A program made the position numbers and the translations under genes. Under the pieces are notes generated by a model that was not told where the DNA came from, ran no database searches, and saw only the letters and a program-made list of their open reading frames with translations. A DNA stretch of 64,000 nt from Glycera tridactyla (lineage: Eukaryota): positions 63,240,001 through 63,304,000 of the forward strand of contig OZ286467.1 of NCBI GenBank assembly GCA_965644265.1. The letters are read 5' to 3'. The stretch's first letter is position 1. The number at the start of each line of letters is the position of its first letter. This document shows, in pieces, positions 26,101 to 41,200 of this stretch.

Positions 26101-28711
26101 GCTGTGTACATCCTGTGGTTCTATCTGTTCCCTTTCCGAAATGTGATTTTAATTTTACCTCCCAATGAAAGGTATCAGGTATCATGTATGAGGTCAGTCA
26201 TGTGTGTGGTTCACGTATTTATCACATGAGATGATGGCTAAAAGGGTGATATTGGCAGAAAAGTGGCTTTATCACGGCTATGTGATGAAGAATTCCGTAT
26301 CACAGGCTCAGGTGATACGGATTCAGATTCCATCCTAGCTATCTGCGCATGCGTCGTCGTCATCAAAACAACAATGTGAACAACACCAGCAGGCGTAGAT
26401 TGAGATGTTTTCAAACTTCAACATTGCTGAATTTCACTGTTTAAATGCTTTCAATGTTTAAATGACGATATGATGTGATAAGAACAGAACGAAATGCGTA
26501 TGTGACACTCGAGCTGGGATCGGGGAGCGGGCGACGTAGCACCTCTCGAGCGCAACGCGCTCTCGCGGTTCGCGGTGCTACTGCAGCCCACTCGCCGATC
26601 CCAGCTCTCGTATCACAAACACATGTCGTTCTGTCTATTTCATTGGTTTCGATGATTTTGAAGTGGTTTTCCTCTCTCTCATCACGATATCCCTGTTGCC
26701 GTTATTTACAGTAACCTGGTTTCCATCTGAGAATAATTCTGTTTCGTCCAAGTCGACAGATCCTTGGCCCCATGAATATCCTTTCGTTTTACTGAATCAT
26801 TGGTTGCTGCAAATGTGGAGAATCAGTCTGTCTTCTCGATTTTCTCGCTCTTTCGCCACAGTGCTGTTCTTTTGGCGTTTGTTTGGTGCTGGCCCATGAT
26901 TTTCCAGATGGCTTTCTCATGCTTTTGCATGACTAATTCAAGATTCAGGATTCAAGATTCAAAACTGTTTATTGCATATGTTTACAACGTATTGACACAA
27001 GATCAAGTGGTCGTATTATGCGCAAATGCATACAATTCATCAATCAATAATCAGATAAAGATCCATCATTTACATAGTATTTGCAAGATCATGGCAATTT
27101 ATACACACACACATGCTCACCAACACGCACGCACACACACAGACAGTATAATGCTAACTGATATAAGATGGGTAAAGACAATCATATAAGCCACGACAGC
27201 AACTGTTGAAGAAATGATGATAAGATATATCGAAGAAAAGTTTTGAGGAGTGAAACCGCCCTCCCGGCGGATCCGGTCGTAACTAATTGATGGTTCTTGT
27301 GTCTCTGTCATCTTGTAGGTCATTGGTAGTGGGTCATCACCTCCTACATTCACCTCTTGCTAGCTGATTATGGCAGACCTAACCTCGGGCTTGGTCTTCT
27401 GGCGGGAGTTATGGCGTAATTTCTCCCGGTCCGTGATGAGCTTGTGCTTGAATATTTTGCACTTTGCAACCTATTGTGTAATCATCAGTTTACACTCTTG
27501 GGAGGCTGCGCTGTCACGTTTTTGAATAATGTCGGACGGTTTTTAAAGAGGCTTGGGATCATCTTTGTCATCCTTGGCCTCTTTGTAGAGCCTTTCAGTG
27601 ATAGCTTCCATGGTATCCTTTGCTCGGTCGGCCCAGAGATTGGCATCTTAAGCAGAAGTTATCCCTATCTGGGATTCAGCTCGGCCACTGTTCGAAGTCT
27701 CGAGCGTATGCCAGAACCATATCTTCAGATCTCATTCTTCGCAGATGTGCTGTATATAGTGGAGCTTGCTTGCTCAGGGTCATTCCTCAGCGGGTTGTCC
27801 GCACAGTGCACACCGCCCTTTTCGAGATGGTGATTTCGCATTCAGGTGGTGCCTGCAACTTACAATCAACAGTCCGAACTTTCTTGACGGTTGCTTACAA
27901 AAGTTGTGGTGGAGTTTGGTAGGGCACCGCGTTGGACAAAGGTTTTTATGCCCGCTTTGTTTTTTTCCACCATGGAGCTACAGTCTTCGAATTTAGCACT
28001 CTCCCAAATCCCAGGGAGAGTGAATTTGATTTCGGGAGAGTGAAACTTCCAACTCACTGTCCCGAAGGGAGAGTGGAAATTTTTCAGTTGATGTGAGAGT
28101 GATGGATTTTCTATGAAGACAGAACACCACAATTTTGAGTACACGAACAATAATCCCTAGTCCCTGAGAGAGTGAATTCATTCTCGGGAGAGTGATTTTC
28201 TTAATCAGTTCCCCCGATGGGAGAGTGGCTGAAAAAGTTTTTCGTGAAGACTGGAGCTACCAGGTACCCTTTAGGTGTTTGTTTTTGGCGGGTACAGACA
28301 AGCCCGAGCTTATTCATATTCAGAGGTTGAGCGGCTTCTGTATAGCTCATGAGACATGGGAAGCGTGATGCGTTGGCCTCAGATCTTTCCCGTGCATCAC
28401 AGATATTCGAAAATCGCAAGTTCGAGCATGGCTGATCAAAACCGATGAACCTTGTACTCTGAGCTAGGTTGATCAGCGGGTCGCCATAGACACCAAGTGA
28501 CAACAAATATATATATTTTTTGCAGGGCGAGCCAACTGACCTGTCATCGTTCGAGTCCACAGGAATTATCCCAATCGATCCAAGTAACATGTGGCAAATC
28601 ATCCACATTATATTGGTCCCTGGTGGAGGATGTCTCCCAGCTGTCGAAAATCTTCGTCTGAATATACCATGTCCAGAAACAAGTAAGTTTGCCCAACTAT
28701 GATTGTCAACA

Positions 28712-28759
<48 letters not shown>

Positions 28760-29187
28760 TTCACCGCTACTGCTACTACTTTTACTACTATTTAGCTACT
28801 AATACTACAACTACTATCAACATTACCACTACTGGTGCTATCACTACTACCACTATAAACGATCAAATTTCGGGGATGAACTTATCAATGAGCTTGTTGA
28901 TTTGGCTGTCGATTCGACCTTGGTAATGACGTATATGGTTATGACAAAGCATCGGAAGATTTCTGTTAGACATTAGACCAGGTATACCAAATTGGAAGTA
29001 GGAAATATCGATCAGATTTATGATGACTCTATTGAGGTTTGTTACACCCAGGCACAGAGAAAATATCATGGAGTGGCCTTAATAAAGAGGTCATTTACTG
29101 TTGAAAGTACTATCACGGTCGCAGTTCAGGGTGATTTTTATAGGGAGGTGGTCTTTATAGAGAGGTCGTCTTCAGAGAAGGTTCGAC

Positions 29188-29235
<48 letters not shown>

Positions 29236-32200
29236 CCAGATGTCTCCATATGGAAATTTGTGAAAAACGTATGCATTGACCTTTCGCGACGAAGGCAGAA
29301 GATGTGCATGCATAGCGGAGTCAGTTGACCCTTCATTGGCGTGCAGGGATCACATGACCAGGGCGATCCATCTGAGAAATTCTACCTCGAGACATTCACC
29401 TTCAGAATATCTCTGAAAAACATTTGTTACAAAGGATGTGGAATTGACGAAAGGATTATGCTCTCCATACAAATGATAAGTGATTGGGATATGACTACGG
29501 ATAAGCATCAGTATTCTTCTGAGTTTTCAGATTCCAATAGAAAGTTTATCAATGATCTCCCTGTGCAGACAGCTTTGGAAAAAAACAGAGGTCTCAGACA
29601 TTAGAAGAGAGAGCACGTTCCTTGTAAGGAACAATGCACCGGAGTCAGAGGCATAGAAATCTCCATAATGTCATGATAGAAGCAAAGGTCAATAATGTTC
29701 CGGCCATGATTGGTCTTATTGCAAAAGTTGTGATTGGAACAATACATATGCTCTGGCTTTCCTCCCACTGCTCGTAGGAGCAAAGACTCGAAGTGTGATC
29801 TGGGAAAGATAAATCCAACATCGAAACCACCTTCCCTCAATTCCATGGGAACCTAAGATGACTAAGATGTATACAGCTGCTATTTCTATCTTTATCTCGA
29901 ATTTCTTCGAAAGGAAGAGCGCTTTCAGCTTTTCTTGTCTCGATCACATGCCACCAAAGAAGGGATCGTTCAATGAGAAGGACCAGTCATCCAAAGCCAT
30001 TTCTTATCCAGTTGATGATCCACTATCATCAATGTATCCATAGCTGCGAATGAAAACATTAGTTACTGATTCAAATTGTACAAAGAGAACAATCCTTACT
30101 CTTTATCACCATATTGCGATGGCTGAGTTGAATCTTACTGAGAGTAGCTTCATCTTTTTTCAGCAGCAAAAGCGGCAGTCACAACAGGTATGTAATCACA
30201 ATTGAAGATTTTATGATAAAATCCCACCAATCGATCAAAAGTTCTGCATATTCCTCTAACATCATCACTTAGGCCGACATAACCAGATAATGTTCTCTGT
30301 ATCACTTAGTTATACATTCAACGATTCCAAAAGTTCAAAAGTTCATGTTTCATCGTCCTTGAAATTTAAAAGCATTGCACACTCCTCCTCCTTATCATAG
30401 TTGATCATTGTCTGCATCTGTGAGATTGTCCCTTGATTATTATATGAAATTCAAGCCCGAATATTTTCAAACGATCGTAATTCTCATAAATAACTTCTCA
30501 AATAAAAAGTTTGTCTGCTCCAACAAAGATTTCAAAGGTTGAACTCATACATACTTCACTTCATTGATTTTCAGAAGCACAGAGTAAGTGAATGTGATCC
30601 ATGGATCAACTGTTGTTTACTCACTATTGACAGTCGATGGTTCTGTTATGATGCATTATATCTGTACTAGTCACTGAAAACATTCTTCAGGTACTATGAA
30701 TGAATTGAAACGCGATTCTTCTCAAATATTGGTGCTTCTCATGAACGACATCACCGAGTACAAAATCACATATCATATCTTGAGCGAACGTTATCATCAT
30801 ACAAATTCATATTCATAAGATATATGATATCATCATCCTTCATTTTCCAATGTGTATTCCGATTCCTTCTGGTCAGGTGTATCTCGAAAAATATATGTTG
30901 ACTATTTCATTCGAATGCAATGGATCATCACTGACTTGCGTATATGAGCATCATCACATTTGACATTCATATGTCATTTGATCAAGTCAAAAATGGGAAA
31001 ATTATTTATGGATGGCCATTCTATCAAAAATTCTGTCAATCCAAAATATCATTACAATAATTTATCTAACTTACCTTGTTATCTGTGTCTACTCACAGCA
31101 GCCCCAGGAGCACCTACAACAGGTACGTGAACACCAACAAAATGAGCAAGTGATTACCCATTTTCGATTTCATCATTGTTGGACTGTACCCGTATGTCTC
31201 AATCACATCTGTGGTCCATAGGCATAGACAGCAAGGTATTGAGTGTCATCGATGGAATTGGTCTAATAGAGATGGTGCCCATATGTATATATATGGATGA
31301 ATTGAGCACACTCCTACTTTTGATCCTATTTTATATTTGTATACTTCTAAGAATCACTCTTCACTCATTCTACCTTCCTCTGTATCTCAACTGCTTCATA
31401 AATAATGCCAAAATACTTTTTGAAGACCAATATTACTGAATGTTCATCCTCTTTGCTTTCAGAAGCCCCAGCAGTAGCTACCACAGGTATGTTTACACCA
31501 GTTGTTATTTATTGCCATCAGTGGTACCAACCACTCAGTATTGATCAAACTAATCCATATATAGAATTTCATTATCGTTCATTTTTCCATGCATATCCTG
31601 ATTAATTTCCTGGCCGAGAGGCATGACAGAAAATAAAGAGAGTTCTGAATTTGATACCATCTTTCCAATTTCACTGTGCTCATATGGATATGCAACTCAA
31701 TATTGCACTCTATCTTCTGACCATATCGTGTTCATGTGCCATCTAAAGTATGTGCAAAAGATATTTGCTCTTGGTATTGAAGGTGTGCATCTGAAAAAAA
31801 TAATGTTGACTAAGCCATTCAAATAAAAGGAATTATTGATGGATGGCCGCTTAACTGATAATCTGTGGTTTATAGGACATGAAGGTGTCGAGTGTCACTG
31901 TATGATCATCATGTAAAGGGTGTCTTCAATGCTATCAGGATATCAGAGAATTACATGAATGAAATTCATTTCTTTTTGTTTGCAGGACCAGCAGCAACAA
32001 CAGCAGGTACGAAAAGTGAAAAGGACGTAGACCAGGAATACGATTACTTTCAACCCACTACTCCTCTCATTTGCCAAGATGAGGCATATTACAATTTCTT
32101 TGCTGATGACAATACCTATGGAATGTAAACAAGTGATAATTGGAGAGTCAAGATATTCTGTCATCGACTTGAAGTCAATGCCGATGGTGGTTAAACAAAT

Positions 32201-35200
32201 AGTCCCACCTGAAGGAAAATATGTTACTTTTCATCTGGTCATTGTTCCACTGTTTCCCTTGATTTGCCTTTTTTTCATCCCTGGTGCACCTCATCCACCT
32301 TTTTCATCTCTGAATCTTCAAGCAAGTGGACACATCATCATGTTCAATTATATGAGTCTAACTATTAAGTGAATGTCATATATGATACCGTGCATGGCAA
32401 GGCACAAATCTGGATTCAAGCACTTGGCAAGTTAATATTTCAGAAGCTAGATCTTCAAAAAGAATGGAAGGGCTGATCATATTGTCATAGATGCAATAGG
32501 CACTTCGCCTAATGCATCATCGAGATATATCACGACAGTTTGCTTGACACAGAAATATGAAATCTGAATTTGATTACTCAGAAACTTCTCGACATGTCCT
32601 GTATCTATGTCAGCTGAAGAACATGTTGAATCTCTCTTTTGCCCATGTAGGACTGACACCATTTGCTGGAGGCGAAGAACTGACAACGACAGCAGCTGAA
32701 GAGGAGGAAAAAGTCTTCACAACTGGTAGGTTTGATGTCGAAAGCATGCTCTTGATGTATATTCTACATTTGTCATATGAATCTTCATATCAAAAACTTC
32801 CACTTGAAGTATTCAATATCCAATTGAATTTTCCAAAATGTTGTATATTTTTGCACACCTTCACAACAGATTTTACTTCTCTTCTATTCTCAACCCTTGT
32901 ATGTTACCACAAGCCACATCTGAGTTACTGGAGTGAAAATTCCTAGTCTTTACGAAATATGTTTGACAATATTAGTGGAATGAGTTTCAATACTGATAGT
33001 CTTTCATGAGTTGACACTTTTCATTCAAAAATGTCAGTGCACTCTCATTTTCGAATATGCCTGATGGTAGATCTCATGCTTCATTGAAGTCAATATCCCA
33101 GCTGCTGTGAAATCATTGAGAGACAACATTGAGAGAAAATTTCCAGTGAGAGTTTGAAACAAATGGGATTCTCGATGCTCAATCAATCACTTTTTACAAC
33201 CGTGGTGACTAGCACAAAGGATTGTTGGCCAACAGTTGATACCTCTTCAGAACTTTGATTCATCCTACTCACCTACATACCCATCGATTTAAAAATTGAT
33301 GCATGTGTCCTATTTGAAAATATCGGAGGAAGGATGACCTTCACTGAATATTCATCTTCATTGCTTTCAGGAGCACCAGCAGCTGCAACCACAGGTATGT
33401 TGACACCAGTTGTTATTCATGGTCGTCAGTTGTACCAACCTCACCAAATTGATCAAAATGAAGCATATATTTGCTTCCATCATCGTTCCAAACGGATTGG
33501 GCTCCCTTCTTATTCTGATCATGTTTTATTTGTGTATACTTTTGAGACCTATCCATCATTCATTACACCTACTTGTATATCTCATTCGTTCCAATAAAAA
33601 TGCAAAATATTTTGGAAGGACTAATTTTACTGAATGATCATCTTCTTTGCTTTCAGAAGCACCAGAAGTACCCACCACAGGTATGTATACACAAGTTGTT
33701 ATCAATTGCTGTCAGTTGTGCAGACCCCACCAAATTTATCACAAATGGACCTATATATATATATGATTTCATCACAGTTCATTTGTCCATGCAAATCCCG
33801 ATTCATTCACAGGCCAAGACCCATGAGAGCAGATATATGGTTGTGAATAAAACATTTTTAATATTTCAATGTGCATATCTGGAAATGCAACTCGATTGAG
33901 CACTCTATCTTCCGACCTTCTCTCCATCTGCTCTCTCAAGTCTGTCTGAAAGACATTGGCTCTAAAGATTGAGAGTTGTATTTGAATAAATATATTGAGC
34001 AGTCAATTCAAATGAAATGGATCACCAATAACATTGAGTATATGAGACTCATCCATGTGATTATCCATATGTCAACATATGGAGTCGAAAATGTGGAAAT
34101 TATTGATGTATGGCCTCTCGACTGAAAATTCCGTCCCTTTGAAATATCATCACAATGGTTGACCTATCTGACTCTGTATCTTTGTCTACTTCCAGCAGCC
34201 CCGGGAGCACCAACAACAGGTACGTGAATACCAATTAGAATAGGTATTCGATTCTACTAAATAAGCAAAATGAATACTCATTCCTGATTTCATCATTGTC
34301 GGACTGTTCTTGAATGTACAAATCAAATCTGTGAACATGGAAGGATTGAGGTTCACTGTTGGAATTCGTCCCAGGGAGATAGTGCTTTCATGGATGTGTG
34401 GATGGAATGAGCACCCTCCTCATGCTGATCATATTTTCATTTCTTATACTGCTGAGAACCATGCTTCATCCATTTCACCCATATCTATAGCAGTAGCTAC
34501 CACAGGTATGTCAAACCAGTTGTTATTTATCGCCATCAGTTGTACCAACCTCTCCATATTGATCAAACTAATCAATATATACAATTTCATCATCGTTTAT
34601 TTGTCCATACGTATCCTGATTCATTTCCTAGTCGAGAGGCATGAGAGCAAATATATAGACTTCATCCATTTCACCCACATCTATATCTCAGCCATTCAAA
34701 TGATAGTGCAGAATTACTTTGGTAGAACTAATTCTACTTTATGTTCATCCTCTTCGCTTTCAGAAGCCCCAGCAGCAGCTACCACAGGTATGTTCACACA
34801 AGTTGTTATCTTTTGCGGTCAGTTGTACCAACCTCTCTGTAGTGATCAAACTGATCGATATATAGAATTTCATCATCGTTTATTTGTCCATACATATCCT
34901 GAATCATTTCCTAGGCGAGAGGCATGACAGGGAATATACAGACTTCATCCACTTCACCCACATCTATATCTCATCCATTCAAATGATAATGCAGAATTAC
35001 TTTGGGAGAACGAATTTTACTTAATGTTCATCCTCTTTGCTTTCAGAAGCACCAGCAGTAGGTACCACAGGTATGTAAACACCAGATTCTATTTTTAGCC
35101 GTCAGTAGTACCAACCTCGCCAAATTGATCAAATTCCCATGTGTATTCCTATTCATTCCAGGGCAAAGAAGCTTGAGAGCAACAATAATTAGTTCTGGAT

Positions 35201-38200
35201 TCTATAGTTGATCATCTATTCTCCCAAGTCTGTCCTAAAGATATTGGTACTCCAGATTGATCAGGTGCATCTCGAAAAATATATGTTGACTATCTCATTC
35301 AAATGCAATGGATCATCACTGACTTCGCGTATATGAGCCTCATCACATTCGACATTCATATGTCATTCGATCATGTCGAAAATGAGGGAAACTATTCATG
35401 GATGGCCATTTTATCAAAAATTCTGTCACTCCAAGATATTATTATAATAATTCATCTTACTCACTTTGTTATCTGTGTCTACTCTCTGTAGTGATCAAAC
35501 TGATCGATATATACAATTTCATCATCGTTTATTTGTCCATACATATCCTGAATCATTTCCTAGGCGAGAGGCATGACAGGGAATATATAGACTTCATCCA
35601 CTTCACCAACATCTATATCTCATCCATCCAAATGATAATGCAGAATTACTTTGGGAGAACGAATTTCACTTAATGTTCATCCTCTTTGCTTTCAGAAGCA
35701 CCAGCAGTAGGTACCACAGGTATGTAAACACCAGATTTTTTTTTTTGCCGTCAGCAGTACCAACCTCGACAGATTGATCAAATTGACCAACATATGATAT
35801 CGTCATCCATCATTTTCCCATGTGTATTCCGATTCATTCCAGGGCAGAGAAGCATGAGAGCAACAATAATTAGTTCCGGATTCCATAGTTGATCATCTTT
35901 TCTCCCAAGTCTGTCCTAAAGATATTGGTACTCCAGATTGATCAGGTGCATCTCGAAAAATATATGTTGACTATTTCATTCAAATGCAATGGATCATCAC
36001 TGACTTTGCGTATGTGAGCCTCATCACATTCGACATTCATATGTCATTCGATCAAGTCGAAAATGAGGGAAACTATTCATGGATGGCCATTTTATCAAAA
36101 ATTCTGTCACTCCAAGATATTAGTATAATATTTTATCTTACTCACTTTGTTATCTGTGTCTACTTACAGCAGCCCCAGGAGCACCTACAACAGGTACGTG
36201 AACACCAACAAAATGAGCAAGTGATTACCCATTCTCGATTTCATCATTGTTGGACTGTACATGTATGTCCCAATCACATCTGTGGTCCATGGGCATAGAC
36301 AGCAAGGTATTGAGTGTCATCGATGGAATTGGTCTAATAGAGATGGTGCCCATATGGATATATGGATGAATTGAGCACCCTCCTACTTTTGATCCTATTT
36401 TATATTTGTATACTTCTAAGAATCACTCTTCACTCATTCTACCTTCCTCTGTATCTCAACTGCTTCATAAATAATGCCAAAATACTTTTTGAAGACCAAT
36501 ATTACTGAATGTTCATCCTTTTTGCTTTCAGAAGCCCACGCAGTAGCTACCACTGGTATGTTTACACCAGTTGTTATTAATTGCCATCAGTGGTACCAAC
36601 CGCTCAGTATTGATCAAACTAATCCATATATAGAATTTCATTATCGTTCAGTTTTCCATGCATATCCTGATTCATTTCCTGGCCGAGAGGCATGACAGAA
36701 AATAAAGAAAGTTCTGAATTTGATACCATCTTTCAAATTTCACTGTGTTCATATGGATATGCAACTCAATATTGCACTCTATCTTCTGACCATATCGTGT
36801 TCATGTGCCCTCTAAAGTATGTGCAAAAGATATCGGCTCTTGGTATTGAAGGTGTGCATCTGAAAAAATATATGTTGACTAAGCCATTCAAATGAAAGGA
36901 ATTATTGATGGATGGCCACCTAACTTATAATCTGTGGTTTATAGGACATGAAGGTGTCGAGTGTCACTGTATGATCATCATGTAAAGGCTGTCTTCAATG
37001 TAATCAGGATATCAGAGAATGACATGAATGACATTCTTTTTTTTGTTTTTTGCAGGACCAGCAGCAACAACAGCAGGTACGAAAAGTGAAAAGGACGTAG
37101 ACCGGAAATACAAATACTTTCAACCCACTACTCCTCTCATATGCCAAGATGAGGCATATTACAATTTCTTAGCTGATGACAATACCGATGGAATGTAAAC
37201 AAATGATAATTGGAGAGTCAAGGTATTCTGTCATTGACTTGAAGTCAATGCCGATGGTGGTTAAACAAATAGTCCCACCTGAAGGAAAATATGTTACTTT
37301 TCATCTTGTCAATGTTCCACTGTTTCCCTTGATTTGTCTTTTTTTATCCCTGGTGCACCTCATCCACCTCAGTCATCACTGAATCTTCAAGCAAGGGGAC
37401 ACATCATCATGTTCAATTATATGAGTCCATCTATCAAGTGAATGTCGTATATGATACCATGCATGGCAAGGCACAAATCTGGATTCAAGCACTTGGCAAG
37501 GTAATATTTCAGAAGCTAGATCTTCAAAAAGAATAATAGGGCTGTGCTAGGATCATATTGTCATAGATGCAATAGGCACTTTGCCTAATGCATCATCGAA
37601 GAATATCACGACAGTTTGCTCGACACAGGGATATGAAATCTAAATTTTATCACTCAGATACTTCTCGACATGTCCTGTATTTATGTCAGCTAAAGAACAT
37701 GTTGAATCTCTCTTTTGCCCATGTAGGACTGACACCATTTGCTGGAGGCGAAGAACTGACAACGACAGCAGCTGAAGAGGAGGAAGAAGTCTTCACAACT
37801 GGTAGGTTTGATGTGGAAAGCATGCTCTTGATGTATATTCCACATTCGTCATATGAATCTTCATATCAAAAACTTCCACTTGAAGTATTCAATATCCAAT
37901 TGAATTTTCCAAAATGTTGTATATTTTTGCACACCTTCACGACAGATTTTACTTCTCTTCTATTTTCAACCCTAGTATGTTATCACAAGCCACATCTGAG
38001 TTACTGGAGTGAAATTCCTAGTCTATACGGAATATGTTTAACAATATTAGTAGAATGAGTTTCAATACAGATAGTCTTTCATGAGTTGACACTTTTCATT
38101 CAAAAATGTCAGTGCACTCTCATTTTCGAATATGCCCGATGGTAGATCTCATGCCTCATGAAGTCAATATCCCAGCTGCTGTGAAATCATTGAGAGACAA

Positions 38201-41200
38201 CATTGAGAGAAAATTTCGAGAGAGAGTTTGAAACGAATGGGATTCTCGGTGCTCAATCAATCACTTTTTACAACCGTGGTGACTAGCACAAGGGATTGTT
38301 GGCCAACAGTTGATACCTCTTCAGAACTTTGATTCATCCTACTTACCCACATACCCATCGATCTCATAATTGATGCATGTGTCCTGTTTGAGAATATCGG
38401 AGAAAGGATGACCTTCACTGAATATTCATCTTCATTGCTTTCAGGAGCACCAGCAGCTGCAACCACAGGTATGTTGACACCAGTTGTTATACATGGTCGT
38501 CCGTTGTACCAACCTCACCAAATTGATCAAAATGACGCATATATTTGCATCCATCATCGGATGGGGCTCCCTTCTTATTCTGATCACGTTTCATTTGTGC
38601 CTACTTTTGAGACCTATCCATCATTCATTACACCTACTTATATATCTCATTCGTTCCAATAAAAATGCAAGATACTTTGGAAGGACTAATTTTACTGAAT
38701 GATCATCTTCTTTGCTTTCAGAAGCACCAGAAGTACCCACCACAGGTATGTATACACAAGTTGTTATCAATTGCTGTCAGTTGTGCAGACCCCACCAAAT
38801 TTATCACAAATTGACCTATATATATATGATTTCATCACAGTTCATTTGTCCATGCAAATCCCGTTTCAATAAAACATCTTTAATATTTCAATGTGCATAT
38901 CTGGAAATGCAACTCAATTGAGCACTCTATCTTCCGACCTTTTCTCCATCTGCCCTCTCAAGTCTGTCTGAAAGACATTGGCTCTAGAGATCGAAGGGTT
39001 GTATTTGAAAAAATATATTGAGCAGTCAATTCAAATGAAATGGATCACCAATAACATTGAGTATATGAGACTCATCCATGTGATTATCCATTTGTCAATA
39101 TATGGAGTCGAAAATGTGGAAATTATTGACGTATGGCCTCTCGACTAAAAATTCCGTCCCTTTGAAATATCATTACAATGGTTGACCTATCTGACTCTGT
39201 ATCTTTGTCTACTTCCAGCAGCCCCGGGAGCACCAACAACAGGTACGTGAACACCAATTAGAATCGGTATTCGATTCTACTAAAAAAGCAAAATGAATAC
39301 TCATTCCCGATTTCATCATTGTCGGACTGTACTTGAATGTACAAATCAAATCTGTGAACATGGAAGGATTGAGGTTCACTGTTGGAATTCGTCCTGGAGA
39401 GATAGTGCTTTCATGGATGTGTGGATGGAATGAGCACCCTCCTCATGCTGATCATATTTTCATTTCTTATACTGCTGAGAACCATACTTCATCCATTTCA
39501 CCCATATCTATAGCAGTAGCTACCACAGGTATGTTACACCAGTTGTTATTTATTGCCATCAGTTGTACCAACCTCTCCATATTGATCAAACTAATCAATA
39601 TATACAATTTCATCATCGTTTATTTGTCCATACGTATCCTGATTCATTTCCTAGTCGAGAGACATGACAGCAAATATATGGACTTCATCGATCCCACCCA
39701 CATCTATATCTCAGCCATTCAAATGATAGTGCAGAATTACTTTGGTAGAACTAATTCTACTTAATGTTCATCCTCTTTGCTTTCAGAAGCCCCAGCAGCA
39801 GCTACCACAGGTATGTTCACACAAGTTGTCATCTTTTGCGGTCAGTTGTACAAACCTCTCTGTAGTGATCAAACTAATCGATATATAGAATTTCATCATC
39901 GTTTATTTGTCCATACATATCCTGAATCATTTCCTAGGCGAGAGGCATGACAGGGAATACATAGACTTCATCCACTTCACCCACATCTATATCTCATCCA
40001 TTCAAATGATAATGCAGAATTACTTTGGGAGAACGAATTTTACTTAATGTTCATCCTCTTTGCTTTCAGAAGCACCAGCAGTAGGTACCACAGGTATGTA
40101 AACACCAGATTCTATTTTTAGCCGTCAGTAGTACCAACCTCGCCAAATTGATCAAATTCCCATGTGTATTCCTATTCATTCCAGGGCAAAGAAGCCTGAG
40201 AGCAACAATAATTAGTTCTGGATTCTATAGTTGATCATCTATTCTCCCAAGTCTGTCCTAAAGATATTGGTACTCCAGATTGATCAGGTGCATCTCGAAA
40301 AATATATGTTGACTATTTCATTCAAATGCAATGGATTATCACTGACTTCACGTATGTGAGCCTCATCACATTCGACATTCATATGTCATTCGATCATGTC
40401 GAAAATGAGGAAAACTATTCATGGATGGCCATTTTATCAAAAATTCTGTCACTCCAAGATATTATTATAATAATTTATCTTACTCACTTTGTTATCTGTG
40501 TCTACTCTCTGTAGTGATCAAACTGATCGATATGTACAATTTCATCATCGTTTATTTGTCCATACATATCCTGAATCATTTCCTAGGCGAGAGGCATGAC
40601 AGGGAATATATAGACTTCATCCACTTCACCCACATCTATATCTCATCCATCCAAATGATAATGCAGAATTACTTTGGGAAAACGAATTTCACTTAATGTT
40701 CATCCTCTTTGCTTTCAGAAGCACCAGCAGTAGGTACCACAGGTATGTGAACACCAGATTCTATTTTTTGCCGTCAGTAGTACCAACCTCGCCAAATTGA
40801 TCAAATTGACCAATATATGATATCGTCATCCATCATTTTCCCATGTGTATTCCGATTCATTCCAGGGCAGAGAAGCATGAGAGCAACAATAATTAGTTCT
40901 GGATTCCATAGTTGATCATCTATTCTCCCAAGTCTGTCCTAAAGATATTGGTACTCCAGATTGATCAGGTGCATCTCGAAAAATATATGTTGACTATTTC
41001 ATTCAAATGCAATGGATCATCACTGACTTGGCGTATGTGAGCCTCATCACATTCGACATTCATATGTCATTCGATCAAGTCGAAAATGAGGGAAACTATT
41101 CATGGATGGCCATTTTATCAAAAATTCTGTCACTCCAAGATATTATTATAATATTTTATCTTACTCACTTTGCTATCTGTGTCTACTTACAGCAGCCCCA

